64,000 nt of DNA from Octopus vulgaris (Eukaryota), in contig OX597839.1 of NCBI GenBank assembly GCA_951406725.2, forward strand, positions 20,088,001 through 20,152,000, in the 5' to 3' direction. Of this stretch, positions 12,307-26,909 are shown in pieces. Below the pieces are notes generated by a model, which was not told the DNA's origin, ran no database searches, and was given only the letters and a program-made list of their open reading frames with translations. Positions within the stretch are counted from its first letter, which is position 1. Each line of letters starts with the position of its first letter. The position numbers and the translations under genes are program-made.

Positions 12307-12611
12307 ATGGAAGATGGTGTTCCTTGTTACACGGCTAAAATGACCCAAGATTTGTTGGATAATAATGGCATTAAAAAGAACTTTCATGACCAAACCAGTT
12401 ACCAGATATGAACCCTATTGAACCCTTGTGTGACATAACGCTTCATAAAAAGAACAAGAAAGCATCTTCAAAGCCAGATCTTTTGAGATTACTACAAGAA
12501 ACTTACAAGAAATTCCGCAAGAGAATATTCGTCACCTGATCAAAAACATGCCTGATAGGGCCCTTGGCCCTTGTATTGAAAAATGCAAAGGACATGTTTA
12601 CTAAATATTAA
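12307..12611 (+). pseudogene. decayed Tc1-family transposase C-terminus
   Basis: Frameshifted translation gives EDGVPCYTAK..LPDMNPIE..EIPQENIRHLIKNMPDR..TKY*, matching the Tc1 QDxAPxH, SPDLNPIE and TKY motifs. Confidence 0.75.
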
Positions 12612-14031
12612 ATATTCACATTAAAATAATTAATAAATAATTTGAATGTATAATTTCAGATTTAAATAAAGTTTAATGATTATAAACGTGTCTATTTCCG
12701 TCATGTGTATGTGTATGTATATATGTATGTATGTTAAAGTATATATATAAGAAAGGAGTGTCTATAAACACGTCCATTGTAATCTCATGTCGGTATATAA
12801 ACATACATGCATACATACATAAACATACATACATACATACATACACACATGCATACATACGTACATACATACATACATACATACGTACACAAATGCATAC
12901 ATACACACACATATATAATACACACATTCACACATTCATACACACACATATATAATACACACATTCACACATACATACATACACACACACACAAGCATAT
13001 ACACACATACATACATGCACACATGCGCACACATGCGCACACATACACGCACACATGCGCACACATACACGTACATACATAATCCTTCTATTCGTTTCTT
13101 TCCCACAAGCACATAAATACATAGATACATACTCACGCGTACATACATTCATACATACATACATACATACATACATACATACATACATACATGCATACAT
13201 ACGTACACACATGCATACATATATACACACAAATGCATACATACATACACACACATATATATACATTCACACATACATACATACACACACACACACACAA
13301 GCATACACACATACATACATACATACACACACACATATATACATACATAGACACTTATATACATACATACATACATACATACATACATACATACATACAT
13401 ACATACATACATACATACATACATACATACACGCACACGCACACACACACATCGTGGTAATTCCTGCCTCCGGCTTGGTTCACCGTGAATGGAACGTACG
13501 AAGAAAATCCGAATGTTTGTCTATTAATATGGCTAGCAATTGGTGTCGAGTGTCTTGTTGTGCAAAACACCATTCACCAAAAAGTCACGAATCATAAAAC
13601 CAAATATTCGGCATTAAGGTTCATATGATTCATGTCTATATTGATCATATCTCGATTGATAGATTGTGTTTCAGTATAAATCTATCGGTGTGACTATATT
13701 ATATATCGATGTGTGTATATATACGTGATAATATCAATAAATAATTGCACACACACACACACATATATGTATGTGTGTGTGTGTTTGTGTGTGTGTGTGA
13801 GAGAGAGAGAGTTTAATATTCATTATATGTACATATGTATGCAAATGTAAAGACATGTATGTTCGTATATGTATATAAATATGCATATGTAGGTTTAAAT
13901 GAATGCATATGTTTACATACATATGGATACTGATACATATATATATATATATATACACAAATAGATATTGACACTATATTCCTACATGCATATCTCTCCA
14001 TTACTCTATCTACCTATTAATTTTTATATGT

Positions 14032-14089
<58 letters not shown>

Positions 14090-14327
14090 ACATACACACA
14101 TACATAGAGAGAAAGAGAGAGGAGAGAGAAATATATATAGATATATGCATGTATGTATATATATATATATTCATAGATACATAGAGAGAGATATGCATGT
14201 ATGTATATGTGTGTATATATATATATATATACATGTATGTATATGTATATATATATACATGTATGTATATGTATATATATATATATATATACATGTATGT
14301 ATATGTATATATATATATACATGTATG

Positions 14328-14370
<43 letters not shown>

Positions 14371-14414
14371 GCATATACATATATATACATATATATATAT
14401 ATATACGCACACAC

Positions 14415-14488
<74 letters not shown>

Positions 14489-14490
14489 GG

Positions 14491-14584
<94 letters not shown>

Positions 14585-15351
14585 GTAGAGAGGCAAACAG
14601 AGAAGTATGGAGACAAACAGAAAATGTAAAATAACACAGAGTCAAAACGACAGAAAGATGAAGACAATAATACAGAAAATGTATAATGGCGGCCAGATAT
14701 ATTGGCAAAAGACCAGGAATGACTCAGCAAGATACAAGGAGAAAAAGAAAGCGAGAAAGAGAGAGAGAGAGAGAGAAACATAGACAGAAACGGAGACAGA
14801 GAGAGAGGTAGGATGTATATATCGAGAGAGGGGTTGAGAGAGAGAGAGAGAGAGAGAGTATGAAGAGAGAGGGACGCAGAAGGATGAGAGAAAGAAAGCG
14901 AGAAAGAGAGAGAGAGTGAGAGAGAGAGAAACATAGAGAGAAACGGAGACAGAGAGAGAGGTAGGATGTATATATCGAGAGAGGGGTTGAGAGAGAGAGA
15001 GAGAGTATGAAGAGAGAGGAACGCAGAAGGATGAGAGAAAGAAACGGGGAAGAATTAGAGAGCGGAAGAGAGAACGAGAGCCTGAATACAAAGCACAGTG
15101 TCTCCGTTGTTTCTGGAAACTTCTTTGTGCTCCATTGCTTTCAATGTTACGTCAACAGTTGGTGAAACAGCAAAATATGAAAATAACAAAAAAACAAAAA
15201 TACACGATGAATGCTCAGGTCAGCTGATGTGGAACTTGTCGCCATTGTTGCAGTTTGGTTGTAAAGTTTTCGTTTGATATCGACAAAGCATTGGTGTATT
15301 TAGTTACATAAGTTACCAAAAATATAACAGCGTTTTATCGATAGGTGGTGC

Positions 15352-16047
15352 TTTTGTGGAGTCGGTAGAGCAACGGATAAACTATGTTGTGACGCCTCTG
15401 TTACTGTTTGTTTTGTTTCAGTCATTTGACTGCGGCCAAGCTGCAGCACCGCCTTTAGTCGAGCAAGTCGACCCCAGGACTCATTCTTTGTGAGCCTAGT
15501 ATTTATTCTATCGGGCTCTCTTTTGCCGAACTGCTAAGTTACGGGGACTTAAACACACCAGCATCGGTTGTCAAGCGATGTTGAAGGGGACAAACACACA
15601 GACACACACATATACATATATAGGACGGGCTTCTTTTTTGTGGAGTCGGTAGAGCAACGGATAAACTATGTTGTGACGCCTCTGTTACTTTTACTTGTTT
15701 CAGTCATTTGACTGCGGCCATGCTGGAGCATCGCCTTTAATCGAGCAAATCGACCCCAGGACTCATTCTTTGTAAGCCTAGTATTTATTCTATCGGTCTC
15801 TTTTGCCGAACTGCTAAGTTACGGGGGACTTAAACACACCAGCATCGGTTGTCAAGCGATGTTGAAGGGGACAAACACACAGACACACACACATATACAT
15901 ATATATAGGACGGGCTTCTTTTAGTTTCCGTCACCAAATCCACTCACAAGGCTTTGGTCGGCTAGAGGCCATAGTAGAAGACACTTGCCCAAGGTGCCAC
16001 GCAGTGGGACTGAACCCGGAACCATGTGGTTGGTAAGCAAGCTACTT
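15352..16047 (-). mobile_element. SINE family A with ~285-bp local tandem duplication including flank
   Basis: ttttgtggagtcggtagagcaacgg plus the SINE 3' half occurs at about 15352 and 15636. Confidence 0.85.
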
Positions 16048-16629
16048 AATTTCATAATATTTGTCATCATAGACAGTACAAAGAGTGTGTAGCTTTACGG
16101 GCTGGGCAAACACATTAATGAATGAAAATGAAATAGAATGAATAAATGAGAGACGAACCCCAACACCCGCCGATTGGATTTTTCTCGAAAACATATTTTC
16201 TTTTTTTTAAAATCAATATGAGGTTTCAAACCTCTTACAAGAAGGAGGCACAAAAACCTCCTACGTAACATGTTTGTTTTTTTTAAACATACAATTGAGG
16301 TTATAAACCACTACAAATACTACTATTGTAGTATTTGTAGATGAGGTTTCAAACCCTATAACGAGGGTCATTCACCTCCTACTCTTCGATATATCCATCG
16401 ATATATTCATCATTATCTTCAATGCCGCTTGTATATTCTTTTACTTGTTTCGGGTCAACAGACTGCGGCCATGCTGGGGCACTACCTTGCGGGTGGAAGA
16501 CGAAGAAATCGGCTCCAGAACATACGTTTTATATGTATATAAATATATACATATATATAAATAAATACATACATACATACATACATACATAGAGAGAAAG
16601 AGAGAGGAGAGAGAAATATATATATATAT

Positions 16630-16706
<77 letters not shown>

Positions 16707-16829
16707 CTTATTCTATCGTTTCCTTTTACCGAAATTCTAAATTGTGAGGATGTAAACAAAACAACATCGGTTGACCGCTTATCAAGCTGTGGGAGTAGAC
16801 CAGTCACAGACCAAAAGACGCACCTTCGG

Positions 16830-17298
16830 ACTCTCTTGGACTCGTATATCTTAACTGCTTCCAGACCTGTCAGCACCTCCCCTCATCCACATACCAGCAA
16901 GCCACCCGGGTTACCACTGGATCTTCGTACTCTTTTGGACTCTACCATCACGGATATCACTGGCTAGTTTTGTTGATGTAAATCACTCGAAACTACCACG
17001 ACTTTCGAATTTTCTAAACTCTTGGAAATTTTAAACTCCGTACGTTCTTCCCTTCATTCAACCTCTCTTTATTATCTCCCTTTCATTTTGTACCAGTCAT
17101 TCGCCATGTTGGACCACTAAAATCAACACGTTTTTTCATTTTCTCTCAATATATTTCCTCTTATTCCTTTCTGTCAAAGAGCATAGGCTCGAAATGTAAA
17201 AGACTTTTCCATTTTTTTCCCGAACGTCAAACTAATACACTTGTTTGTTGTTCCTATACCTGTTTTCCTCTTTGTTTTTCTATAAATTTGAACTATAT
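16830..17298 (+). mobile_element. degenerate Penelope-like 3' end with decayed hammerhead (17167-17202)
   Basis: CTTT-CTGTCAA-A-GAGC(ATAG)GCTC-GAAATGT-A-AAAG followed by a tail like the reverse complement of 32388-32486, ending in TA repeats. Confidence 0.65.
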
Positions 17299-17324
17299 AT
17301 GCGCGCGCGCGCGCGTGTGTGTGT

Positions 17325-17375
<51 letters not shown>

Positions 17376-18132
17376 ATGTTTAGATATATTAAAAAATAGA
17401 ATTTTACATTAATCTAATGGATTGTTCTATACTTTTGTCAGGCCGAAACCTCAAAGTTGGTGTCAACAACATTCTTGTTTAAAAAATAATATATACACAT
17501 ACAAATGTACGTACGTATGTATGTGTGTATGTGTGTGTATATATGTATGTATGTATGTGTATGTGTATGTATGTATGTATGTATGTGTGTGTGTATGTAT
17601 GTATGTGTGTGTGTATGTGTGTGTATGTATGTGTGTGCATGTATGTGTGTGTATGTATGTATGTATGTATGTATGTATGTATGTATATATGTATGTGTGT
17701 ATGTGTGTGTATGTGTGTGCATGTGTGTGTATGTATGTATGTATGTATGTATGTGTGTAAGTGTGCGCGTGTGCATCTATAAACATTACCGATGTCACAT
17801 ATTCAATGTATGTGCTTTGTTTATTCGCATATTGTCCGTGGGATTCGTTTAGGGAAAAGTCCCTTATCGTGCATGAAACGAAACGAATAGGCTACGTGCT
17901 CTTAGTCGCTAACTGCGAGCTATAAATGGAAACATTTCCTTATCGTAAGAAAATTCTGAAACGTAAAGATATCAATCAAGTTGGGAAGAGATCTGGTAGT
18001 CGGTTATTTCGTACATAAAGCCCACATTCTGCAGAACAACTTTTGTCAAAGTGTTCTAAAAAAAACAATGAACGATAAATTTTAAGTCAGAACAAAGAAA
18101 TGGATTCTTCCTGTAAACAACAGGAACCGGGG

Positions 18133-18568
18133 CCGATACGACAACACTAAGAATATAACCGCTAATAGGAGAATATCACCGTTACACGACCCCAAGTCCA
18201 TCCCCTCCTCACCGTGGTGGGGACGCTGGCAATGGGTAGTGTCAGAGCTATGCCGTCGGGAACTTCGGTTCCTGGTAGGGCCACCCAAGGCGGATTGGTC
18301 TGACACCGAGTGGTATTAGGGCCACAACCTGGCAGACTCTGGGGCTCTGGGGAAAATCCTCGGAGTGTCTGTTTCGGCAACCGGCGGCTCCTCGGTCGTT
18401 CTGTTCCTGCGTCTGCGGACAATCTGCGCCAAACAGGATGTCTCCACATGCGGGATTGTTGGGGACCGCTTGTGAAATCCACATATTCCCACGAAACTTC
18501 TTCCATGATTAGAAGAAGCCGACTCAACCCGCCCAGGGTGAATGTCGCCACAAGTACAAGTACAAGTA
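18133..18568 (+). mobile_element. short non-autonomous RTE-derived element (RTE/BovB-like 5' UTR motif plus (ACAAGT)n tail)
   Basis: CCGTGGTGGGG..AGAGCTATGCCGT..AGGGCCACCCAAGGCGGA resembles RTE/BovB 5' UTRs (from memory). Ends in acaagtacaagtacaagt. The 5' boundary is uncertain. Confidence 0.55.
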
Positions 18569-18803
18569 AGAAACCAGGGAGCAGCAGATGGTGAGGAGCA
18601 AACCCCAATAATTGCTTCTTTTATAGGTACATGGTCTGACATTTTGTGAGAGGAAGGGTCCAATAGATTATATTGACCCCATTGCTTCATACATACTTTT
18701 TTCATCGACCTCGGAAGGATGAAATATAATGTCAGCCTTACTAGAATTTGAACTCACAACGCAAATAGCTGAAAGAAATGCCGCTAAGCATTTTGTCCGG
18801 CTA

Positions 18804-19537
18804 CCTATTTCTTTACTACCCACAAGGGGCTAAACAAAGAGAGGATAAACAAGGACAGGCAAACGGATTAAATCGATTATATCGACCCCAATGAGTAACT
18901 GGTACTTAATTAATAAACCCGAAAGGATGAAAAGCAAAGTCGACCTCAGCGGAATTTGAACTCAGAACGTAGCGGCAGACGAAATACCTATTTCTTTACT
19001 ACCCACAAGGGGCTAAACACAGAGAGGACAAACAAGGACAGACAAACGGATTAAATCGATTATATCGACCCCAATGAGTAACTGGTACTTAATTAATAAA
19101 CCCGAAAGGATGAAAAGCAAAGTCGACCTCAGCGGAATTTGAACTCAGAACGTAGCGGCAGACGAAATACCTATTTCTTTACTACCCACAAGGGGCTAAA
19201 CACAGAGAGGACAAACAAGGACAGACAAACGGATTAAATCGATTATATCGACCCCAATGAGTAACTGGTACTTAATTAATAAACCCGAAAGGATGAAAAG
19301 CAAAGTCGACCTCAGCGGAATTTGAACTCAGAACGTAGCGGCAGACGAGATACCTATTTCTTTACTACCCACAAGGGGCTAAACACAGAGAGGACAAACA
19401 ATGACAGACAAACGGATTAAATCGATTATATCGACCCCATTGCGTAACTAGTACTTAATTTAATCGACCCCGAAAGGATGAAAGGCAAAGTCGACCTCGG
19501 CGGAATTTGAACTCAGAACGTGGCGGCAGACGAAATT
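18804..19537 (-). repeat. four head-to-tail 183-bp units of SINE family C
   Basis: Unit starts at 18804, 18987, 19170 and 19353, with junction GACGAAATA-CCTATTTC. Confidence 0.95.
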
Positions 19538-19705
19538 TATCTGGCATGATACCGATTGTGCTAGCTTGCTGCTACTATAGAGCCCAAGGTCTGAAAATTT
19601 TGGGAGAGTGGGTAAGTAGATTATATTGACCCCAGTAACGCAGCTGGTACTTATTTCATCAACCTACGCGAACAAGAAAGGCGGAATTGGAATTCAGAAC
19701 GTAAA

Positions 19706-19933
19706 CCTATTTCTTTACTACCCACAAGGGGCTAAACACAGTGAGGACAAACAAGGATAGACAAACGGATTAAGTCGATTATATCGACCCCAGTGCGTAA
19801 CTGGTACTTAATTTATAGACCCCCGAAAGGATGAAAGGAAAAGTCGACATCGGCGGGATTTGAACTCAGAACGTAACGGCAGACGAAATACTGCTAAGCA
19901 TATCGCCCGGCGTGCTAACGTTTCTGCCAGCTC
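19706..19933 (-). mobile_element. SINE family C nested in an older family-C copy
   Basis: 15-bp TSD TTCAGAACGTAAACC at 19693-19707 and 19942-19956. Confidence 0.9.
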
Positions 19934-20550
19934 TATCTATCTTCAGAACGTAAACCGCCAGCGGGAAAACCGCTACACATCCTATCCGGCCTTCTAACGA
20001 CTCTGCTAACTTGTTACACTAATAATTAGCGGAGGAATGAAAACAAATAAAAGCACAGATATCAACTAAATTCAAACAAAAGCTGTCCGTTTACATTAAT
20101 GAGCAATTACGTGGGGAAATAATTACAACACGAATCGATACAATACCAAATTAATTGATCACATATTTGATCGATCGATCAATTTGCTAAGCGTATAGAT
20201 CGAGAATTCCAAATTTTCGGACATTGAATCTCATAGAATGCTGAAGTTGCCATTCCACAACAGATGGCAGTAACAGAGATCGATGGCAACAAGAATTTAC
20301 AATCAGAATGACTTTTTTTTTCTAGACAAATATCGACAGGCTCAGAAAAAATGGTGAAAAATTAAGATGTAATTTTGTGAAGACGACAGTGAGTTATCTA
20401 TTTGCGAGCCACCAGCTGCGACTTAACGATAGACAATCTAATACCTGTGGGAAATGTAGACGCGAGATACTAACGAATAAACCAAGTGCTCTTAGACATA
20501 AACTGCGAGCGGTAAATTAAAAAAAAAGCTTTCTCATCGTAAGAAAATTC

Positions 20551-21119
<569 letters not shown>

Positions 21120-21390
21120 TATTCTGGAACTTAAGGATATCAATCAAGTTGGAAGAGGCCTGGCAGTCGGTTATTTCGTACATAAAGCCCACATTTTGCA
21201 GAGCAACTTTCGTCAAAGCGTTCAAAAGAACAATGAACGCTAAATTCGACGTATCGCACGCGAAATTTTTTTCCCACGAGAGTTCGGGACCCCCAATAAC
21301 ACTAAGTGGTAACTTCCACCCTAACAGTGACACTGACAAGATCTAGGTTAAACGGAAGAATGGAAAAGAGCTATATGAGATCAGTCCATG

Positions 21391-21685
21391 TGGAGGCACA
21401 TGGCCTAGTGGTTAGAGCAGCGGACTCGCGGTCGAGGGATCGCGAGTTCGAATCTCAGACGGGGCGATGTGTGTGTTTATGAGCGAAACACCTAAGCTCC
21501 ATGCAGCCCCAGCAGAAGGTAATGGTGAACTTCTGCTGACTCTTTCACCACAACTTTCTCTCACTCTTTCCTCCTGCATCTTGCAGCTCACCTGCGACGG
21601 ATCGGTGTCCCGTCCGGGTGGGGAACCTATACGCCAAGGAAACCGGCCCTTATGAACCAGGCATGGCTCGAGAAGGAACAAACAA
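21391..21685 (+). mobile_element. tRNA-derived SINE (family B2, V-domain-like motif)
   Basis: tRNA head and CCTGCGACGGATCGGTGTCCCGTCC motif. Imperfect TSD agtccatgtgga/agtccacgcgga. Confidence 0.85.
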
Positions 21686-22105
21686 ATAGTCCACGCGGAC
21701 TTTGAATGCCGAATCACATCCATGGGAGCCGAGCTACTAAACAGAAGAGAGAAACGAGTATATCGCTTGTATACTTAGCAACAGATCTAAATCTGTCATG
21801 AAATTAGCGAAAGAACTTCTGAATGGGTCTCCGAGTGTACAGATTCCCATGTGAACCAAGAATGGTTGGACTGAAGAGAAATATTCATTAGATCAGCAGC
21901 AAGTTATGCATGAGCAGATATCCTGCAAGCTAGAGCAGTACAGAGTTGTTTAACAGACTAAGACTAGAGAGGCTGCTTTTATCTGAGAGAGAACTCAGTA
22001 AACCGACCGGCATTTTGCAAATATAATCGATTATTGGTACAGTGGAAAACTGCTATGTATTCCAGGAATCACTGCATGTACATATGGAATGTACATACAA
22101 CACAC

Positions 22106-22150
<45 letters not shown>

Positions 22151-22638
22151 AATTCAAAATGCGATAAAATAAAATTAATTATTTTCGCTGGTGTTTCTAG
22201 CACCGGCCATATATTTTTCATATATAAGTAGATTAAGGCGAAGTATGTACTAGAAACACAGAAGCTTGATAAATTTAGTGAATATATATATGTGTGTGTG
22301 TGCGCGTGTATGTATGTATGTGTATATATATATATTTATATATATTTATATACATACATACATACATGCTCACATACAGCCACAAGGTGTAATGCAGCAC
22401 ACCTGCATGTGTCCTGAAGTGCTAAGTACAGCCACTACATCAATGCAAGTTTATTCACATGTAGGAACATGTATGCACTCACAAACAATCCAGATATCCA
22501 AATTACCCAAGAGCAATTTTTAGTTAAACAGCAAAACCATGCATATTTGCGATCGCCATGACTTCTAAAGTGTTAAAGAATAACAAAAAAAAAAACACTT
22601 AAATATATCCTACAAAAAAATAAGCATATATTCAGAGG

Positions 22639-22747
22639 CAGTGGAGGACTGGGTCTAAGAATATTGGTTGCCAGGAGACTACATGAGGGCCCACCACAAC
22701 TACAATGCTATCATTTATTTATTCATTTATTTATTTATTACTATTAT

Positions 22748-22807
<60 letters not shown>

Positions 22808-23440
22808 GAGTGAGAGAGCAGTTCATGCCATCAAAGTGACACTGGGGTAAAATATACGAAGCCCAGTATACCCATCATGACTATCCGTCTGATAAGGGTA
22901 CACTAGGCACATGCATCACAACCATATGTGCGCCACATGGTGATCTCATATCAAGATCAACAGCACATGACCTTGCAGGTGGGGCCCAGTTAGAATTTTC
23001 TTCTGGTCGAGGAACCCATCCCACTCAAAAGGTCCCTTTATAAGGGTTGTTTAAAGATTTTGAACAAAACACCCATGTTTCCAGAAGTAAATTATTCTAA
23101 CCGCAAAGAATCCCTCTCAACACATGGCTATGATGCTCCCCCACTACTTCTACTCGTGATCAGAGATGCACGTATTGTCATCCACTAAGGGATATGTTAA
23201 ACTGGTTAAGGTCAAACAACTGACAAGCAAATCTGATTATTATTTTGTTAAAGATATTCTTTTCCACTGTCTACATACACAGCCAGGCTGAAATAATTCT
23301 TCCAGGAGTGAATTTAAAAATTCTCAAACTTGAGGAGATGGGCCCCTTAGATACTAACATGGGCCCCCATATATGGATTCTAACGTCGCAGGGGTCCACT
23401 TGCCATCGGGCAACCTGGCAACCTAACCAGTCCGCCACTG
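22639..23440. mobile_element. hAT-type MITE
   Basis: TIRs CAGTGGAGGACTGG / CCAGTCCGCCACTG and a perfect 8-bp TSD TTCAGAGG at 22631-22638 and 23441-23448. Confidence 0.88.
22808..23236 (-). mobile_element. LINE 3' UTR with (TAA)n tail (R4/Dong-like), nested in the hAT MITE
   Basis: Closely similar to 58062-58615 and flanked by TTA repeats. The clade is inferred only from TAA targeting. Confidence 0.65.
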
Positions 23441-23867
23441 TTCAGAGGTCCACTAACCAGAGGATATGAACGTTCCGTCTAAAGGTGTTGAAAAATCTAA
23501 TACTTTATATGGTGAATTATTGTGGAACTTTCAGCTCTTATATCTTGGCCACAAATTCTAATCTGTATCCAATACCATAGGTGTACTTGTATATGCAACA
23601 TTAAATTTACATAAAAGCATAGCAATACATTTTTTTTCTAAGATAGAACATCGCAAGCTGAGTTGCATTTAGCAAAGTCAATCGATTTTTGGTGCAGTGA
23701 AAGTTTGTAAAGAATTCCAAAAATTTTTCTCGTTGACTTTCTTAGTATCAACATCGACATACGATTACATAAGTTCATATGACGTATGTACATATAGACT
23801 CATTCCATGACTGCAAGTATATATATCTGAATAGCATGTATTCAGACGTGAAAATTTACAATCCAGC

Positions 23868-23917
<50 letters not shown>

Positions 23918-23972
23918 CTTTATTTAAAGCAGCAGAAAATTCAACAAAACCTGTTACACTGAGTTTCCCGTT
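23918..23972 (-). mobile_element. truncated copy of the 57733-57890 hammerhead element
   Basis: ctttatttaaagcagcagaaa..ctgttacactgagtttcccgtt between (TA)n tracts. Confidence 0.6.
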
Positions 23973-23976
23973 GGGG

Positions 23977-24022
<46 letters not shown>

Positions 24023-24255
24023 GAGAGAGAGAGATGTATCTATATATGTATATATTTATGTGTATGTGAATGTATATGCCTGTGTGTATATATATATATA
24101 TATATGTATGTATGGATGGATGTGTGTATATTGTGTATATGTATATATATGTGGATATTCGGATGTGTACTTACATATATGTGTTTGTGTATGTATATCT
24201 CTCTACTTCTCTATATATAGATGTATATGTATGTATATGTATGTATACATATGTG

Positions 24256-24301
<46 letters not shown>

Positions 24302-24319
24302 CATATATATATATATATA

Positions 24320-24505
24320 CGAAAATAAACAAAAGACGAAGGCAAGTGGAGTACAAACAAACAATTGTATTAGTATGGCGCTCAGGAATAGAAATAAAAC
24401 AAGTCTTTTACGTTTCGAGCCTACGCACTTCAACAGAAAGATACACAGAAAAGAAACACGGAGAGAAACAAGGAGAGAAAAAAAATGCGTGCAGGAGCTA
24501 ACGAT
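24320..24505 (-). mobile_element. solo 3' terminus of the Neptune element with hammerhead (24405-24440)
   Basis: Very similar to 32402-32582. Reads CTTT-CTGTTGA-A-GTGC(GTAG)GCTC-GAAACGT-A-AAAG and is flanked by (TA)n. Confidence 0.85.
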
Positions 24506-24718
24506 ATATATATATATATTATTTGGAAGAATGACATGCAATAACATAACGATATGTCTTTCTTTACTTCTCTGAGGAGATTTTGCTCAATGACATGTTT
24601 TTATTACTGGTATTTAGTTCTTTGGGGCAAAATCGAAACAGCTGTAAGTGTACATGTTGAATTTTTTGCAGTTAAACGATTATATTAACGCTATTTTTCC
24701 ATTTTCTGGATTTTAATT

Positions 24719-24783
<65 letters not shown>

Positions 24784-26189
24784 ATAACAAGCATCTTTCA
24801 GTTTCTGCCTATCAATTCGACTCTCACAAAGCTTTAGTTGGCCCGTGGCCATAGTAGAAGACATTTGTCCAATGTGCCATGCAGTTGGACTGAAACCTAA
24901 GCCATATGGTTGGGAAGCAGACTTCTTACCGCATAACCACGCCTCCGCCCATCACCATCACCATCACCATCATCATCATCATCACATCACCATTATCATC
25001 ATCACCATCATCACCACCATCATCATAATCATTATAATAATAACCACCACCATCATCATTATCATCATCATCACCATCATCATCACCATCATCATAAACA
25101 TTATAATAATAACCACCACCATCATCATTATCATCATCATCATCACCATCATCCACATCATCATCATCACCATCATTCACCAAAATTATTTTCATCACCA
25201 CCATCCTCATCATCACCATCATCACCATCATCATCAATATCATCATCATTACCACTACCACCTTCATCATCATCATCATTATTATCACCAACATTCACCA
25301 ATATCATCAATGTCACCATCATCATCATCACCACCACCACCACCACCACCACCACACTACAATCATTAGTACCGTCATCACCTTTACTATCATCCAACGT
25401 GTGCGAACCCGGATCGCCTCCGTTCACCCACTCCGTACATCCAATGAATTCATTCATTTCATTGCTTCGTTTATTCCTTCTTTTATTCAATTATTCCATT
25501 ATTCTCTTATTCTTTCAATTCTATTGATTCGACGAACAGGCGGTGTCAGAACAGATTACAATATTGATGAGCCTTTCCAATATGAAAAATATTAATTAAA
25601 AATTATCGATCTGGTGTCCACAAGTCACAAGTTTTATTGTTTCCAAGACAAGCAGCAGACCACACTTCATTGTACTGACCCCAGTATACAGCTGGTACTT
25701 TTTAGTGACAAATTTTGGCATAAGGCCAACGATTTGAGGGAGAGAGATAGCCAATTATATCAACCCCAGTATTCACCTATTGGTATTCATCTATTAGTAG
25801 CTATTTTTTCGACCCCGGATTGATGAAAGGCAACGTCGACCTCGGCGGAATTTGAACTCGGAACGTAAAAAAGGACGAAATGCCGCTAAGTATTTTCCCC
25901 GGCGTGCTAACGATTCTACCACTTCGCCTCGCCTTTCATATTTCTTTATATTTATCTCAAAAATTTTGGCACAAGGACAGTATTTAACTAGTGTCTATTT
26001 TATCGACCCCGAAAAGATGAAAGGTAAAGTGGACCTAGGCGGAATTTGAACTCGGAACGTTAAGAGGCTGAGCACTTAACGAAACTAGCTAGAGATCGAC
26101 TATCCAGAGAGAGGGGCCGGAGAGTGAGTGAGTGAGTGAGTGAGAGAGAGGAGGAAGAAGAAGAGAGGAAGGGAGAGGGAGAGAAGGGG

Positions 26190-26400
26190 AGAGAGAGTGA
26201 ACAGATGAAACAAAACAGAGTCAACAGAGGAATTTTAGCGGCAGAACAGGTGAATAGGAAGGCCAAAAGATGTAAATGGAAAGGGGTGCAGGCAGCTCTA
26301 GGGGGTGTGGGGTGTACTGAAGCAAGGTAGGGCAAGAAGAGATAGGCGAATCAGAGCACAAGGAGGGAGGGTGTGAGGGATCAGGATACTGGGGGAAGTA
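26190..26400 (-). pseudogene. possible decayed Neptune linker / GIY-YIG N-terminal fragment
   Basis: PDPS..CPYLA..FTCSAAKI..CFICSL resembles PDPT..CPYLS..FTCTSSNI..CISCSL of the 33-kb ORF. Confidence 0.45.
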
Positions 26401-26402
26401 AA

Positions 26403-26720
26403 AGTGGTAAGAAGCTTGCTTCCTAACTACATAGTTCTGGGCTCACTCCCACTGCGTGGCATCTTGGGCAAGTGTCTTCAACTATAGCCTCGGGCCGGCC
26501 AAAGCCTTGTGGGTGGATTTGGTAGACGGAAACCGAAACAAGCCTTTCGTATATACATATATATATATATACATATATATCGCCAGAGACCGATGTTGGT
26601 ATGTTTACGTCCCCGCAGAATAAGTACTACGCTAACAAAGAATAAGTTCTGTGGTTGATTTTTGTTCGACTAAAGGCGGTGCTCCAGTATGGCCGCAGTC
26701 AGATGACTACAAGTAAAAGA
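26403..26720 (+). mobile_element. SINE family A with internal deletions
   Basis: Head, core and tail motifs are present. Confidence 0.8.
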
Positions 26721-26909
26721 ATTTTTTTAAAATATGTATATTTATATGTATGTATGCATCGGAGACCACCTTCGGCCACGAATGACCATGGGATTGCATC
26801 TAGAAAGTAACCCTCCGAGGTAAGGCAAGGTAGTTTATGGAAGACCAACAGTAGACCATGCATACCAGCCTCCCCTCTCCACTCTGTCACATTTCTCAGA
26901 AAGTACCTT

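Noticed and set aside
14740-15040. ~130-bp local tandem duplication (similar case at 45430-45860)
   Set aside because: Ordinary slippage duplication in low-complexity DNA.
18804-19537. regular repeat array resembling CRISPR
   Set aside because: Contiguous 183-bp units with no unique spacers and no cas genes, in eukaryotic context.
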